A stretch of 31,390 nt of DNA from a virus. Its lineage: Duplodnaviria > Caudoviricetes. Of the stretch, positions 15,426 to 25,455 are shown piece by piece. The stretch lies in the IMG/VR virus record IMGVR_UViG_3300020043_006887, positions 1-31,390 of that record; one strand, given 5' to 3'. A program made the translations under genes and the position numbers. Positions within the stretch are counted from its first letter, which is position 1. Every line of letters begins with the position of its first letter. Under the pieces are notes generated by a model. It was given only the letters and a program-made list of their open reading frames with translations. It made no database searches and was not told the DNA's origin.

Positions 15426-16394
15426 TCATAATTTCAGATAAACTGTCGCTAACATCATTGGCGATGCCGTCGCATGGGCTGAGCCGTTAGTGTTACTTGA
15501 TGTTACACTAATTGCGTTAGTCCCGGATGATGATATCCGAGCAACTCCAACGTAAGAATTTGGCCTCCAATATATGTCCGCTCCACCTGGAAGGGTGGAA
15601 TTTTCTACATAAGCTCCCGAATCTGGGTAGTTATACGCACTGGCCACAGTAATCGCCTGCGCTGCATTCGCTGAAGTTATCCCGGTAGGCAGTTGCGCCA
15701 GCGTCAACGTCCGCTTTTCCTCACCCCCCGCTGCCCCCAACACCGTCGCAGCTGTTCCGAAATACGCAGCAGTCAACCGCCCTGCCGCGCTATTACCCAT
15801 GTCATCGAGACCGGCCAAAGCCCGGCCTCGATAGTCAGGCAAAGCGATGGTTTTATTCGCTGCCCAGTCCGCAGCGGCGCTCGCACCTCGTCCACCAGAA
15901 ACAGCCAAATTCACATCTGTGACGTATAGAAATTCAAATAACGCCTGAGTGTCGGCGTTTGCCCGCTCAGTAGCGCCTGATGTCGCACTTCCTATCGTGC
16001 GTCCATTACCACGGACAAATCCGGAAAGAGCCCCTGTGCCATACCTGACCTTGAGATCACCAGTTGACATGACAGTGGTCGGATCGACCGAGCCACCACC
16101 GCCACCGGACGAAGGGCCAACTACCAGAATATTGTCAGCAACCACCTGCGTGATGCCGACCGAATTGACAATCCTAACTTTGATATTACCGTCCGCAAAG
16201 AACAGCTGAGGCACCCGGCCCGCACTGTCGAGCGTTAACGGGTTAGGCCACGGGATCGTAAGCGCACTGTCTTGGAAGGCATTTTGCGGGGTTGAGGTCG
16301 TGCCCGCCTGAATGAAGTAAATTTTCCCGCCGTTTAGGGGTTTGCCAAGGCTGTCAAACTGCTGGGAAAGACTGAGTGAAATTGAACCAGCCAC
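15426..16394 (-). CDS. tail fibre/spike with head-binding-like N-terminus and tail-collar-like domain
   Basis: Probable GTG start at 16394 (GGTGAGG RBS); NPLTLDSAGR, GDLK..NG..IG...LPDYRGR...G.D.MG, GGEE..TLT.AQLP. Confidence 0.8.
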   Translation of the reverse strand: MAGSISLSLSQQFDSLGKPLNGGKIYFIQAGTTSTPQNAFQDSALTIPWPNPLTLDSAGRVPQLFFADGNIKVRIVNSVGITQVVADNILVVGPSSGGGGGSVDPTTVMSTGDLKVRYGTGALSGFVRGNGRTIGSATSGATERANADTQALFEFLYVTDVNLAVSGGRGASAAADWAANKTIALPDYRGRALAGLDDMGNSAAGRLTAAYFGTAATVLGAAGGEEKRTLTLAQLPTGITSANAAQAITVASAYNYPDSGAYVENSTLPGGADIYWRPNSYVGVARISSSGTNAISVTSSNTNGSAHATASPMMLATVYLKL

Positions 16395-16451
16395 TATCTG
16401 ATCCTCACCCGTGTCAGGAATAAGCGTTTGAGCATTGTCGATTTCCCAAAG

Positions 16452-16475
16452 AAAAAGCCGCCCTGGAAGGCGGCT
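16452..16475 (-). terminator. Rho-independent terminator
   Basis: AGCCGCC-TTCCAG-GGCGGCT followed by TTTT on the - strand. Confidence 0.7.
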
Positions 16476-16516
16476 CATTGCGTGTTTTTAGGTAGATTTG
16501 ATCGTTTGGAGATGAA

Positions 16517-16813
16517 ATGATGGACGATGAAAACGAGAAGCGATTCCAGCTCGCCTATAACTTAAGCGGTTACCAACCTAACATTCTCTTTGATCCCAAA
16601 AAACCGACTCAACTAATCATCAGTTCCGAGTTGGTAGATCATCAGGACGGGAAGGCTCAGCGGACCGGAAAATATATCCACCTTGGAATGACGACGGCAG
16701 ATGCAATGCGGCTACTCGGTCTTCTGTCAGCAGTTCAACAACAATTCGGCTTTGAGGCGCATTCAGAGCCAATTCAGCACAATTTTGTTCCACCGAAGAA
16801 TGAGCAGAATTGA
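16517..16813 (+). CDS. antisense-oriented moron, hypothetical protein
   Basis: GGAGA RBS; non-overlapping ORF between the ejection-protein and tail-fibre genes. Confidence 0.7.
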   Translation: MMDDENEKRFQLAYNLSGYQPNILFDPKKPTQLIISSELVDHQDGKAQRTGKYIHLGMTTADAMRLLGLLSAVQQQFGFEAHSEPIQHNFVPPKNEQN

Positions 16814-17058
16814 CGCTGTTATCCTTCATATCGAAAGACACGATGACCGGTTTTTCTGACATCAACACTCTCATGAAAAAAGCGCCCAAATGGGTGCTGT
16901 TGGTCTATTGCGTGATAGTGATCCTACTGGCCTGGTGGCCCTGGAACTTTTGGCTGCTCGTCGGAGCGGCTTACACCCGCAGCCTGAAGAGCAGGAACGC
17001 TGCCACCCGCCTGCTCGCCCGCAATGCGGGCCAGCCCCTTGTCAGCAGATCGCAGTGA
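16810..17058 (+). CDS. possible small membrane protein
   Basis: Hydrophobic WVLLVYCVIVILLAWWPW; its 3' half overlaps the convergent ejection gene. Confidence 0.35.
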   Translation: MTLLSFISKDTMTGFSDINTLMKKAPKWVLLVYCVIVILLAWWPWNFWLLVGAAYTRSLKSRNAATRLLARNAGQPLVSRSQ

Positions 17059-19029
17059 ATTGAACAAAAAAGTGTTACGTGCTATCATTTTAATACCGCG
17101 AACTAGGTTTTTTGGATCGTTCGAGGTCAGCAACTCTGCAACCTTGCGAGCGACATTTTCATTGATTTTTCCCTGACCTTTCGCAGCTCCATAAACTAGC
17201 GCAGCACTCATCAGAGCAGAAGGGTTTCCGTTTAAGATATCGCCACCCGAACCTAGACCATAAGCGCCGCCGGCAAGGCCAAGTTCTGCCAATTGCCGAG
17301 CCGTAGTCGAATTACCCTGAACAGCGTTGCGCGCAAGATCCATGATGCCTTCAACGCGGAGCCCCGCCTCTAATTCTTGCGCCTTCTGCGGACCAAGGGC
17401 GATATTTAACTTTTCACGCGCGGCTGGTGAACTCGCGATTTTGTTCAAAACACTTCGTCGATCACCAATCTTATCCAAAGTTCCGATAAATTCCGAAACA
17501 AAGCCGTCTTGGAATAACTGCCGCTCCTGTGGTGACATTTTCGAAAGACCGCGACGGGATTCCGCAGCCGACATGCTGTTACCGACAAATTTCTGTCCAG
17601 CTTCTAATGCGTCTTGTGCGCCGAAGAAATGAGAGGCCCCTGCGCGGGCTTGCCCATAACTCGGCACAGCTTCATCAAGCTTCTGAACAATAGTATTTTT
17701 TACTTCGCTTAAAGTGCCAACATCTTCACGCCGGCCAGCTTTCTTGGCGACATTAATTTCTTGATCAATCTGGCGCTTTACTAAATCCCAAAATTCCAGA
17801 GTTGGCTTGCCGTCGTTCGCCCACCGCGCAAATGTACGCTCGTTGAGCTGACCACTCGCCGACTTGTTCTGAGCTTGTTTAATCGCTGCGCCTACTGCTT
17901 CTTTGACGATAGGAGCCTGCGACAATTCGGATAGGTCGGAATCCCAAATCCCGGAACGACCTTCAAAATAAGCTTTCGCATAGGCGGGCTTATTGACCGT
18001 GCGTGCAACTTGATCAATCGCTATACTCTGCGCGTCAGCATCCGGGAAATGAAACGTGTCCCGCAGCCAGCCAGTTACTCGGTCGGCCTGGCCATCAAAT
18101 CTTTCGTTAATAGTTCGGCCTAACGCTGCCCGCCCCTCAGGAGAGGTGTTGGCCGCCGATCGTGCGAGCGCCCTTGTCGTCTCACCACCAATATCCATGA
18201 TGGTAGCTGGGCCGCCCGATTGAACGCTTGCCGCAAACTCTTCCGGCCTAAGTCTAGAGACTGCATTCGGGTCTGCCTCAATGTCTCGCTGAATACTTGT
18301 GGCAACCCGCCGCGCTGCCTCGCCTTCCGGATCGGTAAGACCGCGTATGGTGCCCGAAATTGGATTGAGCGCAGCCCGACCGCCACGAACAACGCCTTCA
18401 ATAACTGCTGGAGCAGCACCACCCAACGCACTTCCCACTGCCGCACCGGTCGCGCCACGAGTTATCCTGTCTGCCGCGCCATCGCCCTCGCCAGCGCCAG
18501 CTAAGCCGCCAAGGGCTCCACCAACACCCGCACCCGCAGCCATACGGCCCGGCAACGTAACTGCTCTAGCCGTCACCCCTATCGGTAGCGCCACAGCGCC
18601 TGCAATATTGCCTCCCATAGATGCGATAGGATGCTGCTCTTCCGCTGTCTTAGTCAGATCGCGTTCGCGCGATACAGCCGTTTCGTACGCTTTCTTGGCA
18701 TCAGCATCTCCACCCCAATACTTCAGCGCACCACTAAGCAGTTTGTAAACGCTGGCCGGCTCGTCTGGATTCGCTCCGGACGCCTCGACTAACCCGCGCA
18801 TTTCATCGCTGAAATTTGCCGTAAGGCCGGAAGCTACACCTCGCGCGAAAGCATCGACCGCGCCACGATCGGGTTTTTGCTCTCCTACAGGGCGGATAGT
18901 AATGCCGCTGCCGTCCGGTGTTGTGGCAGCGTCAGCCAGTGGAGCCGCTTCCCACCAGTTCGCGCTAGCAGCGGGGCTAGCAGACGTTTTTGTCTCGGCA
19001 AGTGGAGCAATATCCCACCAATTAGCCAT
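16924..19029 (-). CDS. DNA ejection / internal virion protein (P22 gp16-position)
   Basis: Large, Ala/Gly-rich and helical; third of three coupled genes after the gp10-like gene. Confidence 0.75.
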   Translation of the reverse strand: MANWWDIAPLAETKTSASPAASANWWEAAPLADAATTPDGSGITIRPVGEQKPDRGAVDAFARGVASGLTANFSDEMRGLVEASGANPDEPASVYKLLSGALKYWGGDADAKKAYETAVSRERDLTKTAEEQHPIASMGGNIAGAVALPIGVTARAVTLPGRMAAGAGVGGALGGLAGAGEGDGAADRITRGATGAAVGSALGGAAPAVIEGVVRGGRAALNPISGTIRGLTDPEGEAARRVATSIQRDIEADPNAVSRLRPEEFAASVQSGGPATIMDIGGETTRALARSAANTSPEGRAALGRTINERFDGQADRVTGWLRDTFHFPDADAQSIAIDQVARTVNKPAYAKAYFEGRSGIWDSDLSELSQAPIVKEAVGAAIKQAQNKSASGQLNERTFARWANDGKPTLEFWDLVKRQIDQEINVAKKAGRREDVGTLSEVKNTIVQKLDEAVPSYGQARAGASHFFGAQDALEAGQKFVGNSMSAAESRRGLSKMSPQERQLFQDGFVSEFIGTLDKIGDRRSVLNKIASSPAAREKLNIALGPQKAQELEAGLRVEGIMDLARNAVQGNSTTARQLAELGLAGGAYGLGSGGDILNGNPSALMSAALVYGAAKGQGKINENVARKVAELLTSNDPKNLVRGIKMIARNTFLFNSLRSADKGLARIAGEQAGGSVPALQAAGVSRSDEQPKVPGPPGQ

Positions 19030-20150
19030 TAGGGCTTGATCCGCTGCGAACCGTCAGGAGCCGTGAAGGGTGTTCCAGATGGCAAGGCTTCATACTGCTG
19101 TTGAGATATAGCGCTTTGAGACGACGCCATTGGCGCGCGCCCGTTACTACCCTGCGGCTTGTAATAGGTGTTACCTCTAAGCTGATCAGCACGCTGCTGA
19201 TTGAACTCAAGCCGCTTTTGAGCCAGGGCGATTGCACGATCAAAAATAGCCTGTCGAACACTGTCGGGCTTAGAGGCGGAACCCTGCAAATCAAGTAATA
19301 TTTGACGTTCTCCCTCGGTCGGGTTGCCACCGAAGATAACCTTCAATTGCCCCAATGAGTTTGTCATTACTTCATTTGTGAGGTTCTCAGTCGCTATACC
19401 CGCCTTGCCGATATCGCTTGTGTCACCGAGAAATGACGCTGCATATCCGCGGACCCCAGCGCCAGGTCCAGCAAAAGCTTGTTTCGATAGTTGCTTGGCA
19501 CGATTGAGACTGTCGATGGCAGAACGATTGGACACAATAGCATCATCAGCAGTTCTGATAGCCTCTTTGTCCCCAGCAGTAAGCGGCTGTGCATCTTCGC
19601 GCGGCATCTTACCGGTCAACACGAAAGACTGGTAACCTGGAGAGGATGGATCAAGGCCAATCGAAATTGCAGCCTGCTTACGCTGTTCAATCGTAGACTG
19701 AAATGAAGTGTCCGCCTCAGGTAGTTTACCCGTCAGAATGAAGGACTTCCCGGCCGGAGTTTTTGGATCGATACCGTAGGTCTGGGCCACTGCCGCACGC
19801 TGTGAAGCTGTCTCTTCCGGCCCCTCGCTATTGTTCGCAAGATTGGCTTTCGCAATCTTCAGGTTTTCAAGTTGAACACCATGAATAAATTCATCGTTCT
19901 TTAGCGCGCGCGCATCCAGCTTAGATTGACGCGCCTGATCCTGTTGACGATTCAACGCAGAAACGCCAAGCTGGGCCAGTGACAAATTACCTGACCTAAT
20001 CAAAGCCATGGGATCGAGTTGGCCGCCATGTCCTAAATTGGCGAGCGTCTGTTTTACGTTCGCATCGTCTTGGGCCTTACGATAAATATCCGGCAAATCG
20101 CCAAGTGGCGAGAAATCAACACGAGGAACGGTAAGTTCAGACATGCTCAA
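19029..20150 (-). CDS. DNA ejection protein (P22 gp20-position)
   Basis: Synteny; Gln/Ala-rich; FGGNPTEGER; C-terminal LPSGT.F.APDGS.R.KP. Confidence 0.7.
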   Translation of the reverse strand: MSMSELTVPRVDFSPLGDLPDIYRKAQDDANVKQTLANLGHGGQLDPMALIRSGNLSLAQLGVSALNRQQDQARQSKLDARALKNDEFIHGVQLENLKIAKANLANNSEGPEETASQRAAVAQTYGIDPKTPAGKSFILTGKLPEADTSFQSTIEQRKQAAISIGLDPSSPGYQSFVLTGKMPREDAQPLTAGDKEAIRTADDAIVSNRSAIDSLNRAKQLSKQAFAGPGAGVRGYAASFLGDTSDIGKAGIATENLTNEVMTNSLGQLKVIFGGNPTEGERQILLDLQGSASKPDSVRQAIFDRAIALAQKRLEFNQQRADQLRGNTYYKPQGSNGRAPMASSQSAISQQQYEALPSGTPFTAPDGSQRIKP

Positions 20151-20905
20151 AACGTCCCAAACTGACCAGGGCCACCAGCACCACCAAGCACGATGTTGCC
20201 TGGGCCGCCACCACCCAACAACGACGTGCCACCAGTGAGAGAGCCAGCACCCAGTTTTGCTAAATTAAGACCAAGACCCCACAAGTTACCCGAGCCAGCT
20301 AATTGAGCATTGGCAGACTGTGTGTTCTGGCCAGCGATGGAGTTCGCGGTGTTCGTTCCAAGGTTAGCGATATTGCTGGCAGTCCCTGTATAGACCGGAG
20401 CTTTCGCAGCCTCCGCACCAGCGACGCCGGCGGTCGCAGTCATCTCCGGAGAGATCAGACCAGCGAGCCGGTTTTGCCAGCCGCCATATTCCTGATCCGC
20501 CATGTGGCCAGCGCGATCCGATAATGCTGCAAGCGTATTGCCAGCAAGACCGCCAGCCGCACCACCGGCCGCAACTGCTCCACGGTTAACACCATCGAGT
20601 GCCTGTGAAACTGACCAGTCATACCCAGGGCCCGCATGGAAGGCGTCTGTGGCCCGTGTATTACCGCCCGCCCCATTCACACCAAGGCTGTCTAGATAAA
20701 GACTAGTGCCTGCCCCATATTTCGCGGCAAGAGGAGCATAAGCGTCCCTTGCTGCGTCTAGCGCGCCGATGGCGCTAGTTTGGCCACCCTGCAATGCAGC
20801 CGTCCCAGCCGTCTGGTTTTGCTGATACAGCTCAGTATTCTTTGCAGCAGCTTCTTTCGCGGGCCTGCCCGTGAAAACGTCTGTCAGACTATCAAGAAAT
20901 CCCAT
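20147..20905 (-). CDS. DNA ejection protein (P22 gp7-position)
   Basis: MGFLDSL start, PGY motif and Gly/Ala/Asn-rich composition; synteny. Confidence 0.75.
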   Translation of the reverse strand: MGFLDSLTDVFTGRPAKEAAAKNTELYQQNQTAGTAALQGGQTSAIGALDAARDAYAPLAAKYGAGTSLYLDSLGVNGAGGNTRATDAFHAGPGYDWSVSQALDGVNRGAVAAGGAAGGLAGNTLAALSDRAGHMADQEYGGWQNRLAGLISPEMTATAGVAGAEAAKAPVYTGTASNIANLGTNTANSIAGQNTQSANAQLAGSGNLWGLGLNLAKLGAGSLTGGTSLLGGGGPGNIVLGGAGGPGQFGTF

Positions 20906-21093
20906 TAGCCTGGCTCATATTGGTCAGTGGTTGCATTGTATTTCAGCGTTTGCGTGGCAGTCGGGTTGGTCGATGAGACCTTCTTTGTCGGTAAATTTTC
21001 CATGATGTTCTTCAATCGCTCAAATCCAAAAACGGTTGGCGTGCCATCTGGATTGAACCATTTATCATTCTGGTCACCGACGAGAAGTCTCAT
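20905..21093 (-). CDS. small virion protein
   Basis: Coupled between the gp10-like and gp7-like genes. Confidence 0.6.
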   Translation of the reverse strand: MRLLVGDQNDKWFNPDGTPTVFGFERLKNIMENLPTKKVSSTNPTATQTLKYNATTDQYEPG

Positions 21094-22499
21094 GCCGGTT
21101 GCAACTCCGCTGCCATCTCGCCGCCCATCAACCCGAAATGAACATTGCTTGATTGCTTCACGCGAACAATTCGTCCTTGCGACTTAGAGCGACCGCACTG
21201 GTTAACTCGCACTCGTGTTTTGCCAAGCGACTGTCGGCCGATCTTACAAACTCTTGGAGTGGAGAATGTCTCGCCGCCATCATCCGACCAATCGATTTCG
21301 ATCTCAGGGTCTGTCGCGGTAGGGTCAGCGCCAGTTGAGTCGCCAACACCTACCGCGATATCAATCCATATTGAGGGAACGCGGATTTGTGCTGGAAATT
21401 TCTGAACTGGCTTTGACCAGACATGCGTCTCGATTGGCTTATCGATATCTAAATGCGATGACTTTGTGATCTCGACAATATTCCCAGAATCAGTGTCACC
21501 AGTAAGCCATTTGTTAAAGGCATACACAGGTCCAGCAACACGTGATCGCAGACCAAGATATTTTGCCTTCTCGTTCCACCAACCAGTGTTTGTATTAAGA
21601 ACCCATGTCCACGCGGGGCAAGAGAGCTCGATCATCCCATGGCCACGGGAAATATATGCAGACATCTCCAGTGTTGTTTTGTCTGAGACTGACTCGATTA
21701 AACCATCCAGATCGGGAGGCGAAACCGGGGTTGGTGTAAGACCATCCAATCGATATACTTTGTTATCATCGCCAACAAAATGCGGACCGCGTGAAAAATT
21801 ATCCTCAAATCCTGCAACACAATAAGGTCCAGCAATACCACGAGCGATTGTTGTAACCTTTGAAAGAGGAAACGGCGACGTTCCCGCGTCGGAATAAACG
21901 CCAGTCGCCTTACGACCAAAAGCAATAAGTTTGCTGCCCCATGTAATCGCACGCAGAAGTCCGCCTGACGTTTGATCAGTTGTAAAAGACAACGCGTCAA
22001 CAGTAACAGCATTCAGGCCAGATGCCCAAATTTGCCCAGAGCCGGTAGTAAATATAAAATAGCCGTCGAACTGTGTTACAGAATTAACCGATGGCAAATC
22101 ACTATCGAATGAATTTGTTACCGTTGCCGGTGTGAACGTTGCAATGTTGCCATCAGGGTCGACGAACACCTTATCCGGAGTAGCCGCATTGTTTGACGCG
22201 AAAAAGCCCTTCTTCGTGCCAGTAAGATTTCCGACATTAGTTGACGCACCGCCTGTGCTCGACCACTTCTCCAGCTTATTGTTGAAGGCCGCATAAAGCA
22301 CGTTTGCTATAAAGATCCCACCACGATATCCAGTCCGCGCACTCGTACCGAAAGCATTAAGACCAGGTACGCGATGGATGACATATGGGTCCCGTGCGCC
22401 TTCACCCATTGGCTCTGCGTAGCAATTAATAAGCCTGCCAGCCCCTTCACACGGCCTCAATCCAGGAGCCGTCGAATAAGGCCAAGAGATCGCCACCAT
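21090..22499 (-). CDS. tail hub / packaged-DNA stabilisation protein (P22 gp10-like)
   Basis: RLINCYAE, WSDDGG.TF and G.S..R motifs; about 470 aa; synteny. Confidence 0.85.
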   Translation of the reverse strand: MVAISWPYSTAPGLRPCEGAGRLINCYAEPMGEGARDPYVIHRVPGLNAFGTSARTGYRGGIFIANVLYAAFNNKLEKWSSTGGASTNVGNLTGTKKGFFASNNAATPDKVFVDPDGNIATFTPATVTNSFDSDLPSVNSVTQFDGYFIFTTGSGQIWASGLNAVTVDALSFTTDQTSGGLLRAITWGSKLIAFGRKATGVYSDAGTSPFPLSKVTTIARGIAGPYCVAGFEDNFSRGPHFVGDDNKVYRLDGLTPTPVSPPDLDGLIESVSDKTTLEMSAYISRGHGMIELSCPAWTWVLNTNTGWWNEKAKYLGLRSRVAGPVYAFNKWLTGDTDSGNIVEITKSSHLDIDKPIETHVWSKPVQKFPAQIRVPSIWIDIAVGVGDSTGADPTATDPEIEIDWSDDGGETFSTPRVCKIGRQSLGKTRVRVNQCGRSKSQGRIVRVKQSSNVHFGLMGGEMAAELQPA

Positions 22500-22846
22500 C
22501 AGAAATATTCCCCGCGCTGGGGGGAATAGACCGGATCAGTACTGCCAATGCGCCTTAACGTATTCTGATCGCGCATTAAGGCCGCATCATTGATCGGAGA
22601 GCCAAAACTTGGCCCTGCGTAGTTTGCTAGAAGGCTTGCTATGGGAAGAAAAACTGAGACGTCGATCGCATCGGCATCTGAAATGTAAAACACACGATCT
22701 GCTGATAATTGCGCGATCAATGGGTCAAAGAAATTATCAAGTGTATTATAATCTTCACTGGAAAGCGCCTCTCCCGGCTGCACCAACCCTAAATTAATCC
22801 CGGCACGCTCGATAGTCTGAGCGCGCGTCTTGACGACATCGACCAC
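22499..22846 (-). CDS. head-tail adaptor (P22 gp4-like)
   Basis: LG...GE.L..ED motif, EYF C-terminus and position. Confidence 0.7.
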   Translation of the reverse strand: MVDVVKTRAQTIERAGINLGLVQPGEALSSEDYNTLDNFFDPLIAQLSADRVFYISDADAIDVSVFLPIASLLANYAGPSFGSPINDAALMRDQNTLRRIGSTDPVYSPQRGEYF

Positions 22847-22878
22847 TATCTGACCTCGTCATTTACTGTTAAAAAATG

Positions 22879-22905
22879 AAAAAGGGCGGAGCCATAGCCC
22901 CGCCC
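22879..22905 (-). terminator. Rho-independent terminator
   Basis: GGGCGGGGCT-AT-GGCTCCGCCC followed by TTTTT on the - strand. Confidence 0.75.
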
Positions 22906-22913
22906 AATCGTCG

Positions 22914-23396
22914 TTAGACTGTTGCTGAGAACGGCGTAGCTTCAGTACCGGAGGAAACCATCATGCCGGTGACAGAGAAGAAGCCGGCCTTGATGTCTTG
23001 CAGCTCGATCCAGTCACCGATATTGACGCCACCGGTTGTGGTGCCGTTCAACGTGATGGTGTCCGAATCCGCCGCGGTTTCCCAACCAACGACAGTATCG
23101 CCACCATCCTGTGTGGAAGAGATAGAACCCGCCATAATGTCAGTCGAGTTCGCAACCTTGATCACATAGTTTGATGTGTTAACAACGCTGTTGACGAACC
23201 GGTACTTCGCACCCGTGCCAAGAGCGGCAGGAAGCGTGAAGGTCAAAGCCGCGCCGGCAGCGCCCATAAGAAGGGTTTTGCCGTCGTGGCTTTCCTGCGT
23301 GATCGTCGTACTTGCAGTGAGAGTCGCTAAACGGCTCTGACCGCTGCGAGCGTCCTGATCCAGAACTGGACGGGACGAGTTGAGAGAAGTAGTCAT
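22914..23396 (-). CDS. putative capsid decoration / accessory virion protein
   Basis: Directly after the major capsid gene; AAGGA RBS; beta-rich, with TFTLPAA and DTITLNGTTTGG. Confidence 0.6.
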   Translation of the reverse strand: MTTSLNSSRPVLDQDARSGQSRLATLTASTTITQESHDGKTLLMGAAGAALTFTLPAALGTGAKYRFVNSVVNTSNYVIKVANSTDIMAGSISSTQDGGDTVVGWETAADSDTITLNGTTTGGVNIGDWIELQDIKAGFFSVTGMMVSSGTEATPFSATV

Positions 23397-23423
23397 GTTT
23401 GTTGTCCTTTCCTAGTTCAATGA

Positions 23424-24560
23424 TTAGTCGGTAGCCGATGCGAAGAAGCCTGTTGCGCAACCCCATTGAACCAAATTCGATCCAGTGCTTGGGTGCTTCT
23501 TGAACATCTTCGAAACGCCGTAGGCCATCTCGATGCCAACGCCGGTGACGAACCCGTAATCATCTTCCTTACGGAAAGTGGGACGAGCCATCTGTCCCCA
23601 AGCGAACACTGCCGCTTGCTGACCGCACAGGAACACAGGCTCAACGCGCGCATTGGCGGCACCAGCTGTCTTAAGGGTGGTCCAGACGTTGGTTACGAAG
23701 GACGAAATCTCCGGTACCTGCCGAGCGATAATACCATCGTAAATCTGGTCACCGTCTTGGAACAGCGGGTTCTTATTGACACCGTTCTGCTCTCGCGGCC
23801 GAGCATCCTTGTTAACGGTTTCCAAGGAAGCTTTGAGGTCGCGGAACGGATTGATGCCCATAAAAGCTACAAAATACTCATAGCCATCGGCTGTTTTGAA
23901 TGGACGAAGTCGCGGGTTGGCACCCATCGCGACACGCTTGAGCAGAGCCAGATTGGCTGCCGTTAGCTTATCGTTCGTGGCGTCCACGTTTGCCAGAGCG
24001 GTCGCATGGACCGCGTTATAATTTGCAGTCGAATTACCGTACAAAATGCGATCGGAGTTGGCCACGTTCCAAGTATTACGCTGAGCTGCGGTAGCCAGGT
24101 CGTACTGGATGCCGTTGACACGAGTGCCTGTGCTAGGAAGCGTTTCAGATGGAAGAGCCATAAGCGCAGCAATCAACTCGTCGCGCTGAAGCTCCTTGCC
24201 CCAATCGGACAGCAGCGGCTTTGCTTCGCCGAAGATGTCTGCCGAGTCCTTCTGGCTTTCCGCTTTATTGGTAACCACAGCATTGCGGGCCCAATCAAGG
24301 CGAACTCGCATACCGTAATTGTCGACCTGCTCTTCGTTACCGACTAGCGTTCCGGTCGAGACACCAGCTCCCGTCAAGCGAGAGACGAGCGGGATGTTCA
24401 TTTCCTCGCCGCCGTTTTTCAAATCACTCTTTACACGAATGATCGAATTCAGTGCTGTTCCCATGTAGGGAGAGAACAAATTGCCGCGAACGTATTCGCG
24501 GTTTATTTCCTGAGTGTATTTGACCAACTTATTGTTGGTCTGAACCGTAGTGACGGCCAT
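23424..24560 (-). CDS. major capsid protein (DUF4043/P22-coat-like)
   Basis: 378 aa; FSPYMG, L.GNEE and LCGQQA..FAWG...DYG motifs; follows the scaffold gene; AAAGGA RBS. Confidence 0.88.
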   Translation of the reverse strand: MAVTTVQTNNKLVKYTQEINREYVRGNLFSPYMGTALNSIIRVKSDLKNGGEEMNIPLVSRLTGAGVSTGTLVGNEEQVDNYGMRVRLDWARNAVVTNKAESQKDSADIFGEAKPLLSDWGKELQRDELIAALMALPSETLPSTGTRVNGIQYDLATAAQRNTWNVANSDRILYGNSTANYNAVHATALANVDATNDKLTAANLALLKRVAMGANPRLRPFKTADGYEYFVAFMGINPFRDLKASLETVNKDARPREQNGVNKNPLFQDGDQIYDGIIARQVPEISSFVTNVWTTLKTAGAANARVEPVFLCGQQAAVFAWGQMARPTFRKEDDYGFVTGVGIEMAYGVSKMFKKHPSTGSNLVQWGCATGFFASATD

Positions 24561-24594
24561 TTCTGATCCTTTCTTGCGCCGTCATCCACCCAAT

Positions 24595-24620
24595 AAAAAA
24601 CCCGCCATAGAGGGCGGGTT
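24595..24620 (-). terminator. Rho-independent terminator between scaffold and capsid genes
   Basis: AACCCGCC-CTCTAT-GGCGGGTT followed by TTTT on the - strand. Confidence 0.75.
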
Positions 24621-24642
24621 GTTTTCGATATGGTTGGTAAGA

Positions 24643-25443
24643 TCAGCGCATCGCTGCTGCGAATAGACTTTCGTTGGAGAGGTCACCTCCGTCAGTCAGA
24701 GACGCGGCCGCTGATGCAGCTCTGCCTAGACTTGGAGGAATGTTGAAAGTAGGTTTTGGCTTCTCTTCCGAAACTGGTTGGAGCTTTGCCATAAGCTCGC
24801 CCCTGAACTTTTCGTCCTTCAAGGATTCATCCAACCGACGTTGAAAGAACCCGTCAGGGTTTCTGCTGGCCTCGTTGCCGCGATACCAAGAGACAATGTC
24901 CCCGAATGGGTCCATCGACTTCTTGACCGCTTGGACAACTGCCAAGGCTTGTGGATCATTGGTTGCTGCCGCCTGATCCAGAATTTTGAACGCTTCCGTT
25001 ACCGTCTCTTCTCCATGCTCCCGGATCGCATCGCGACGGGAAACTGACTCAACAAAAGTTGAGAACTGTTGCTGGAGTGGAGTGAGAGCTTCCTGAACAT
25101 TGGCACGGACAAATTCATCCGGCTTTTCGAACAGGTCAGGTTTTACCTCGTGCTCTACTGGTTTCGTTTGCAGGGCGCGTCGTTCGGCTTCCTGAGCGCG
25201 GCGTTCAGCCCGATCAAGTGCCTCACGAAGTTGTCGCATGCCAACAGTTTCGACTGGCGCAGCTTGTTCAGCAGGCTTTGCTTCCTGCGTAACTACTGGC
25301 TTAGCTTCAGGCTCTTCGCTCTTAGGAGCAAAGCGGCCATGCTCGTCGCGGTTGACGCCCTCACCTTCCGTAACATTATCAGTCACGGTAGGCTGTTCAT
25401 CACTCAATGCAGAATTGAAAAGTTCCTCGTTAGAGATTTCCAT
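24643..25443 (-). CDS. scaffolding protein
   Basis: Acidic N-terminus, RDEHGRFA motif, coiled coil and PPSL near the C-terminus; between portal and capsid genes. Confidence 0.8.
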   Translation of the reverse strand: MEISNEELFNSALSDEQPTVTDNVTEGEGVNRDEHGRFAPKSEEPEAKPVVTQEAKPAEQAAPVETVGMRQLREALDRAERRAQEAERRALQTKPVEHEVKPDLFEKPDEFVRANVQEALTPLQQQFSTFVESVSRRDAIREHGEETVTEAFKILDQAAATNDPQALAVVQAVKKSMDPFGDIVSWYRGNEASRNPDGFFQRRLDESLKDEKFRGELMAKLQPVSEEKPKPTFNIPPSLGRAASAAASLTDGGDLSNESLFAAAMR

Positions 25444-25455
25444 GTTTCACCTGTT

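Noticed and set aside
16395-16478. 28-aa N-terminal extension of the tail fibre in the ORF track
   Set aside because: It overlaps a terminator; the GTG at 16394 has a good RBS.
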